Shown here: positions 26,452 to 32,000 of the stretch, one piece after another
How positions within the stretch are numbered: the stretch's first letter is position 1
Layout: each line of letters opens with the position of its first letter
NCBI GenBank assembly: GCA_964514965.1
Contig: CAZETV010000001.1
Span: forward strand, 963,063 to 995,062
DNA: 32,000 nt
Direction of reading: 5' to 3'
Source: Candidatus Hadarchaeota archaeon
GTDB taxonomy: Archaea > Hadarchaeota > Hadarchaeia > Hadarchaeales > Hadarchaeaceae
The notes under the pieces: generated by a model
Databases searched by the model: none
Seen by the model: the letters and a program-made list of their open reading frames with translations, nothing else
What the model was told of the DNA's origin: nothing
Translations under genes and position numbers: made by a program

Positions 26452-27639
26452 CTAATCAACGATTAAACTACCGTTTCCGTCAAATAGTCCTAGTATCTTG
26501 GGTTTGCCTCTTTGTATCCCATCAACCACTGCTATATTCGCCCTAGTAACGAACATTTGCGTTCTAAAAGAGAATATTACTGTGTCTCCAATTTTTACAC
26601 TAACTTTTGGTTTAAGGCGTAGCGTGGCATAATAATCTATGCTTCCTGGTTCAATATTTTCAACAAGCACTTTTCTTTCGGTTATTGTATCAGGATCACT
26701 GCTGACTAATGCTGCGTCTGGATTATGGCGGCTGTAGAATCCTCCTCCAAAGCAATAAGCTTTATTCCCTGATAAGTGGGAAACTTCGCTTACATACACA
26801 TAAGCTGGAATCTCGGGCTGATTTGTCAAGACATGTAAGGGCGTCGTTCCGGTTAAAGCGTGCCCTGGTTCTCCATGAGTTGCACCTTTTTCGGCTAATA
26901 ATGGTATCGTGGATGCACAGTTATCTTTAGGAGCGTTTATTTGCTGTATTTCAACGCTTAATCCTTTCTCTAATCTATCCGCGGCCCTCAGAATAGTATC
27001 AAAATTAGGGGTTGGCTCTATTCTCCCTAATTTTTCATTGTAAAACAAACATGGGAAACTAGTTACACCTACCACCTTTACATTTTCAAATCTATTTATT
27101 TTTTTAATTACATTGACAATTTTCTCTTCAGGAAAACCGCCTTCTTGATACGGATAAAAAAAGTCCTTTTTCCCCACAACTCGGACAAGCAAATTTTGCA
27201 TTAAATTTAGCTTCTTGGCGACTTTGGATATTTGTCGAGCTTTTTCTATGCTGAAGACTGTGATGACTTCAGGTTTCATTTTGAGAACATTTTCAACATC
27301 ACTTTTTGGTATCTGCACTAAATGGCCAACATGCCCTACAGGTATTCCGTGTTTATGCAATATTTTAGCTTCCTCCACGCTCACGGCTACAGCTTTCTCA
27401 ATACCAGAATTCACTATCGCCCGGGATACTATCGGGTTTCGTCCAAATTGTTTGCTCATAAAATAGAGTGAAATGTTTGCGTCATCTGCTGCCTTTTTTA
27501 TAATTCTTGCGTTATTTCTTATCGAATCTAAATCTATAACGTACGTATTGGGGGGAACTTGACCTTTTTGGTGCAATGCCGTTGATATTTTGATCAGCAT
27601 TAAGTTATTTCTGGTAGTCACATTTAGGAAATCAACCAA
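26452..27639 (-). CDS. yhfX: YhfX-like fold-III PLP (alanine racemase N-terminal type) enzyme
   Basis: NTYVIDLDSIRNNARIIKKAADDANISLYFMSKQFGRNPIVSRAIVNSG; GATHGEPGHALTGTTPLH. Confidence 0.75.
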   Translation of the reverse strand: MVDFLNVTTRNNLMLIKISTALHQKGQVPPNTYVIDLDSIRNNARIIKKAADDANISLYFMSKQFGRNPIVSRAIVNSGIEKAVAVSVEEAKILHKHGIPVGHVGHLVQIPKSDVENVLKMKPEVITVFSIEKARQISKVAKKLNLMQNLLVRVVGKKDFFYPYQEGGFPEEKIVNVIKKINRFENVKVVGVTSFPCLFYNEKLGRIEPTPNFDTILRAADRLEKGLSVEIQQINAPKDNCASTIPLLAEKGATHGEPGHALTGTTPLHVLTNQPEIPAYVYVSEVSHLSGNKAYCFGGGFYSRHNPDAALVSSDPDTITERKVLVENIEPGSIDYYATLRLKPKVSVKIGDTVIFSFRTQMFVTRANIAVVDGIQRGKPKILGLFDGNGSLIVD

Positions 27640-27780
27640 GGTTGTTCGCCTCTTAATTCATGTTTTTGGCCCGCTTCATTTTTATTATTTACTTCTTAGG
27701 CCCCACTTCTTCTCCGGGAATTGTTCTGAAATCTAGGACGTTTTTCTGATGATCTGCGCGAAATAGCTTGTGCACCTGTA

Positions 27781-28155
27781 TTAAGCCAGGCCATGTTTCT
27801 TCAGCATGGCAGGAAGGGCAATTTGTAAAAACTTGTTGAGCGAGTCCGATGCAAATGCACTACCAAAAACTACTTTTCCATCCATCACCGCGTTTTCTAT
27901 TTCTTTTGGATTTAATTCTTTAACAATGAAGCATTTTTGATATCCCAAAATAGCTGTAGGGATAGCTAAAATTCCACTTCCAGTCCAACAGCAGCCAATT
28001 ATGTAATCTGCTTCACCATTTTTTAATAAATTTACTGCCTCTATTTCTGAAAGACCTATTAAAGATTCTACATTTTTATATGGTAACTTGTTCACTTCTT
28101 TAGCAGCTGATTCTTTACCCGCACCTATAAAAACGAGTTTAATTTTATTTTTCAA
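27781..28155 (-). CDS. yhfU: DUF2620 (YhfU-like) protein
   Basis: SEIEAVNLLKNGEADYIIGCCWTGSGILAIPTAILGYQKCFIV; context between yhfX- and yhfS-like genes. Confidence 0.72.
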   Translation of the reverse strand: MKNKIKLVFIGAGKESAAKEVNKLPYKNVESLIGLSEIEAVNLLKNGEADYIIGCCWTGSGILAIPTAILGYQKCFIVKELNPKEIENAVMDGKVVFGSAFASDSLNKFLQIALPAMLKKHGLA

Positions 28156-28167
28156 TTACTTAACCTC

Positions 28168-29289
28168 TTATTTTTTGATATCTTTAATAGACTCCTTAAG
28201 TATGCGGATAACGGTGTCAGGACCAGCCTGGAATGGAACCACTCTAAGCATGTAGTCCATTAATTCTGGAGCATATTCTTTGAATCTTTTTGACTCTGGG
28301 ACTATTGCTACGGTGGATTCATACCGTGACTCACAACCAACAAGGTGCGATTGAGCTCCGTATTTCCATACTTTATTCGAAACTTTTTCAGCGGTAGGTT
28401 CCTTAAGTTTAACAAGAATTTGTCTTATATGGGAGTTCGAAACAGCCGCCCAATCTACGCCATCAACTTCTCCATCATTAAGACGTTTGCAGACTTCGTT
28501 CACGACTCTATCCTGTATCGCTCGCAATACTGGCGCGTATACCAAGGATCTCAAGGTATCCATAGCTTCTGGCCCCTGAACTTGGCAACCCCCGGAATAA
28601 TTATCTTCATTTATTTTATCAATCAGTTTACACCCTTTCTCACTACCGGCCAAAACGAGGCCCATGCCCGGGGGCGCTAGAAGTTTGAATAATGAAAATG
28701 CTGATATGTCGGCCCCTAGTTGAACACCAATTTTTTCTACACGCATTGCGGCATAATCTTCGTCAGTCATAATTAGCGGGTCGTATTTAGTTGACTTGAC
28801 TGCATTTATTACTTCTTCTAAACGATATTTATCTGTAATTCTGTCGTACATATGGTCAATAAAAACTGCCTTTATATTTTCATTAATCACATTTTCCAAT
28901 CCATCTAACTTGTTGTAGTCCGAATAGGCGAGTTTGAGACCCATTATGCGTATCGTGGTCGATGTTGTTTTGTAAACAGGCCCATCATGGACAAGAATTT
29001 GATCCCCTGGATTAAGAGCGGCCATAAACATTGCTCGTATCGCCCCAGTCCCAGACCCTCTGACAAGAACCGCTGCTTTTACATCGAAAAATTCGGCCAG
29101 ACAATTTTCTACCTTGTTTGTAAAAATAGGTTTTCTTAGAGGCATTGCTAAACCGTAATCTCCCGCTTGTAAAATTTCAAGCCCATTAAAGTGGTCGCAT
29201 ATAGTATCGACAAGTTTAAACTGCATCTTAATGGCCTGTTCCAAAGAAAGTTGTTTGAAAGGATAAATTTTGACCATTTTTCTATCCAT
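28168..29289 (-). CDS. yhfS: YhfS-like fold-I PLP-dependent enzyme
   Basis: AAVLVRGSGTGAIRAMFMAALNPGDQILVHDGPVY ... LIMTDEDYAAMRVEKIGVQLGADISAFSLFKLLAPPGMGLVLAG. Confidence 0.78.
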   Translation of the reverse strand: MDRKMVKIYPFKQLSLEQAIKMQFKLVDTICDHFNGLEILQAGDYGLAMPLRKPIFTNKVENCLAEFFDVKAAVLVRGSGTGAIRAMFMAALNPGDQILVHDGPVYKTTSTTIRIMGLKLAYSDYNKLDGLENVINENIKAVFIDHMYDRITDKYRLEEVINAVKSTKYDPLIMTDEDYAAMRVEKIGVQLGADISAFSLFKLLAPPGMGLVLAGSEKGCKLIDKINEDNYSGGCQVQGPEAMDTLRSLVYAPVLRAIQDRVVNEVCKRLNDGEVDGVDWAAVSNSHIRQILVKLKEPTAEKVSNKVWKYGAQSHLVGCESRYESTVAIVPESKRFKEYAPELMDYMLRVVPFQAGPDTVIRILKESIKDIKK

Positions 29290-29602
29290 TTATTTCACCA
29301 TCAATCTTCATATAAATACTTCTATTAATAGTTTGGGTTCTGTATAAATTATTATAATTTTTTATCATGGTACCGCATATGTATTGTGTTTTTAGATAAA
29401 AATTCCGAAAAATTTGAGTTCCGATAAGAATGAACAAACAGTTTTAATGAAAATATCGCGGTTTACTAAAGTAAATCGAGAAATCAAAAAACTCATGTCG
29501 GGTTGAAAGGTACCGCCCAGTGATAAGTTGCCTATTTTTTGGGGCATGAATTTCAAAGCTTGATTAAGATGAATTGAGAGAGATGTTTATTCTTGAATTT
29601 TT

Positions 29603-32000
29603 TTATAGATAACGTTGTTTCTCTGCCTCTTCCGCACGAAGCGCGGCGTGGGCAGCGGCTATTCTCGCGACCGGGATTCTGAAAGGTGAACATGATACAT
29701 AATTCAAACCAAGTTCGTGGCAAAACTTTATCGATTCGGGATCTCCCCCATGTTCGCCGCATATTCCTATCTCCAGATCGGGCCTCCTACCCTTGCCAAG
29801 CTCCGCACCGATTCGCATGAGCTTTCCCACGCCTTTCTTGTCCAACGTCTGGAATGGGTCCACATCGAGTATTCCCTGGGCGATGTACTTAAACATGAAT
29901 TTTCCTTCAGCGTCATCCCGTGAGTAAGCGTATGTCATCTGCGTCAGGTCATTGGTTCCAAACGAGAAAAATTCAGCGTACTCTGCGATTTCGTCGGCCG
30001 TGAGAGCGGCACGAGGTACTTCTATCATGGTACCGAACTTGTAAAACACATCGATCCCGTGTTTAGACATCACTTCGCGCGCTACCCGCTCAAGTTGCTC
30101 GCGCACCACCTTAAGTTCGTTGACGTGACCAACAAGGGGAATCATGATTTCCGGTCTCGGGTCGCTGCCTTCCCGCTTGAGTTCACATGCCGCCTCGAAT
30201 ATCGCCCGAACCTGCATCTCATTGATGTCGGGGTGGATTATCCCAAGCCTGCATCCTCGGAGCCCCATCATCGGGTTGGCCTCCCGCATTTCCTCGACCC
30301 GCTTCAAAAGTTTCTCCTCGGCTTCGAGTTCGGCTGGTTTCTCCCTGTTCATTCGTCGCGTAATCACCTCTTCCAGCAACTCCTCGTACTTGGGCAGAAA
30401 TTCATGCAAGGGTGGGTCGAGGAGCCTTATCACCACAGGCAGGCCGTTCATCTCCTTCAAAATTCCCTTGAAATCACCCTTTTGAATCTCGAGCAATTTT
30501 CCGAGAGCGTCTCTGCGCTCATCCTCTGTCTCGGCGAGTATCATTTGGTGGACGAGCGGCAGTCTCTTCTCCTCGAAGAACATGTGCTCAGTCCGACACA
30601 ATCCTATCCCTTGAGCTCCAAGCTCCCTTGCTCGTTTAGCATCATGCGGATAGTCGGCGTTCGCCCAGTTCTGCAGTCGTTTGAACTCGTCAGCTGAAGA
30701 AAGAAGTTTTTTGAACTCGACTGATATTTGCGGCTCTATCAACGGTGCCTCGCCAAGTATGACCTCGCCGTTTGAGCCGTTTATCGTGATTGTATCGCCT
30801 TCTTTAACTGTTACCCCATTCACATCGAACAATCGCTTATCCGGGTCTATCTTGATGGACTCACAACCGACTACTGCGGGTTTCCCCATCCCTCTCGTTA
30901 CCACTGCCGCATGGCTTGTCATTCCCCCTCTAGACGTGAGAACTCCCTGTGAGGCGATTATTCCCCCCACATCGTCCGGGCTTGTTTCCGGACGAACGAG
31001 TATGACTTTTTCTTTTTTCCCGCCCATCTCTTTTGCTTGCTCGGAATCAAACACAACTTTTCCAACCGCAGCACCCGGGCTAGCGTTAAGACCTTTCGCG
31101 ATTACTCGGACGTCAGCTTTCAGGTCTACCTGTTTATGTAACATTTGCTCAATTTGTTTAGGGTCAATCCTCAGGACGGCCTCTTCTTGGGTTATCAATC
31201 CTTCCTCAGCCATATCAACCGCTATTTTAACCGCAGCCTGAGCAGTCCTTTTTCCAGCTCGCGTCTGAAGCATGTAGAACTTCCCTTGCTCGACCGTGAA
31301 CTCAACGTCCTGCATCTCTCTGTAATGTTGTTCAAGTTTTCTTGCGATGTCGAGAAGCTGCTGGTAGAGGTGTGGAGCTTTTTCCTCAAGTTCTGCAATC
31401 TTAAGGGGAGTCCTAACTCCAGCTACTACATCCTCCCCTTGGGCGTTGAACAGGAATTCGCCGAAAAGTTTCTTCTCACCAGTGGCGGGATTGCGAGTAA
31501 AAGCAACTCCTGTTCCAGAGTCGGCCCCCATGTTTCCAAACACCATGGTGACAACGTTAACCGCAGTATACAGGTCATGAGGTATCTTGTAGAACTCGCG
31601 ATACTCCTTTGCCCGCTTTGTGTTCCAGGACTTGAAAACTGAGATTATCGCCCCTCTGAGCTGTTCATGTGGGTCATTCGGAAATTTCTCACCTTTTTCC
31701 TCTATTATTTGTTTGAATTGTCTGACTATTTCCTTCAGGTCTTCGGCTTTCAAGTCGGTGTCTAGCTTGGCCCCAACTTTGCTCTTGCGCCCATCAAATG
31801 CCGCCTCAAACTTTTTACCTTCGACCCCGAGCACTATCTTGCCGAACATCTGAATGAACCTGCGATAAGCGTCGTAGGCGAACCGCTCGTTTTTAGTCCG
31901 TTTTGCCAGCCCCTCAACACTCTCATCGTTAAGGCCGAGGTTGAGAATAGTATCCATCATGCCCGGCATCGAGAGCATGGAGCCAGAGCGAATGGAAACG
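29603..32000 (-). CDS. ppdK: Pyruvate, phosphate dikinase; N-terminus beyond window end
   Basis: Open frame continues to the edge (VSIRSGSMLSMPGMMDTILNLG); GGMTSHAAVVTRGMGKPAVVG, LRRTEHMFF-like LCRTEHMFFEEKRLP, GICGEHGGDPESIKF. Confidence 0.97.
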   Translation of the reverse strand, partial: VSIRSGSMLSMPGMMDTILNLGLNDESVEGLAKRTKNERFAYDAYRRFIQMFGKIVLGVEGKKFEAAFDGRKSKVGAKLDTDLKAEDLKEIVRQFKQIIEEKGEKFPNDPHEQLRGAIISVFKSWNTKRAKEYREFYKIPHDLYTAVNVVTMVFGNMGADSGTGVAFTRNPATGEKKLFGEFLFNAQGEDVVAGVRTPLKIAELEEKAPHLYQQLLDIARKLEQHYREMQDVEFTVEQGKFYMLQTRAGKRTAQAAVKIAVDMAEEGLITQEEAVLRIDPKQIEQMLHKQVDLKADVRVIAKGLNASPGAAVGKVVFDSEQAKEMGGKKEKVILVRPETSPDDVGGIIASQGVLTSRGGMTSHAAVVTRGMGKPAVVGCESIKIDPDKRLFDVNGVTVKEGDTITINGSNGEVILGEAPLIEPQISVEFKKLLSSADEFKRLQNWANADYPHDAKRARELGAQGIGLCRTEHMFFEEKRLPLVHQMILAETEDERRDALGKLLEIQKGDFKGILKEMNGLPVVIRLLDPPLHEFLPKYEELLEEVITRRMNREKPAELEAEEKLLKRVEEMREANPMMGLRGCRLGIIHPDINEMQVRAIFEAACELKREGSDPRPEIMIPLVGHVNELKVVREQLERVAREVMSKHGIDVFYKFGTMIEVPRAALTADEIAEYAEFFSFGTNDLTQMTYAYSRDDAEGKFMFKYIAQGILDVDPFQTLDKKGVGKLMRIGAELGKGRRPDLEIGICGEHGGDPESIKFCHELGLNYVSCSPFRIPVARIAAAHAALRAEEAEKQRYL

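Noticed and set aside
29462-29475. Short palindrome tttactaaagtaaa upstream of the ppdK/yhfS intergenic region
   Set aside because: Only 6-bp arms in AT-rich DNA; expected by chance without further support.
30059-31853. Series of long + strand ORFs (212, 186, 165, 113, 77 aa)
   Set aside because: All antisense to the unambiguous ppdK gene; typical GC-biased shadow ORFs.
1-32000. CRISPR arrays, rRNA, tRNA, transposases or integrases
   Set aside because: Scanned for regularly spaced repeats, tRNA-like T-arm/CCA signals and DDE/recombinase-like ORFs; none recognised, although a diverged tRNA cannot be excluded without tRNAscan.

Overview
This 32 kb window appears to be archaeal. Evidence: a group II chaperonin (thermosome), ribosomal protein L37Ae, a DUF1922-like zinc ribbon and BRE/TATA-like promoters. 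Housekeeping or widely shared genes are a P-type ATPase fragment, an ATP-cone/Mrr-like protein, a DUF438-hemerythrin-PAS protein, a saccharopine-dehydrogenase-like protein, a beta-phosphoglucomutase + GH65 phosphorylase pair, the thermosome, L37Ae and pyruvate phosphate dikinase. They are interspersed with accessory DNA. The strongest candidate system is the AT-rich stretch ~18.2-29.3 kb. It looks like an archaeal version of the enterobacterial yhf cluster (YhfT, PRD/YhfY-like, phosphotriesterase-homologue Php/YhfV, phosphopentomutase-like YhfW, alanine-racemase-like YhfX, DUF2620/YhfU, PLP enzyme YhfS). It is interleaved with PTS enzyme I, HPr, a solute:sodium symporter and a 44-aa membrane mini-ORF, and shows no recognisable sugar EIIA/EIIB/EIIC. 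Secondary candidates are: a four-ORF cassette (two HTH proteins, a 46-aa peptide, a possible PD-(D/E)XK nuclease); a membrane protein plus HEPN/Abi-C-like pair resembling SLATT-type defence modules; an M48-like membrane protease; and a decaying RNase-toxin-like/DUF2283 module present in three unequal copies. No CRISPR array, tRNA, rRNA or transposase was recognised. All family assignments come from reading motifs and context; no database search was run.
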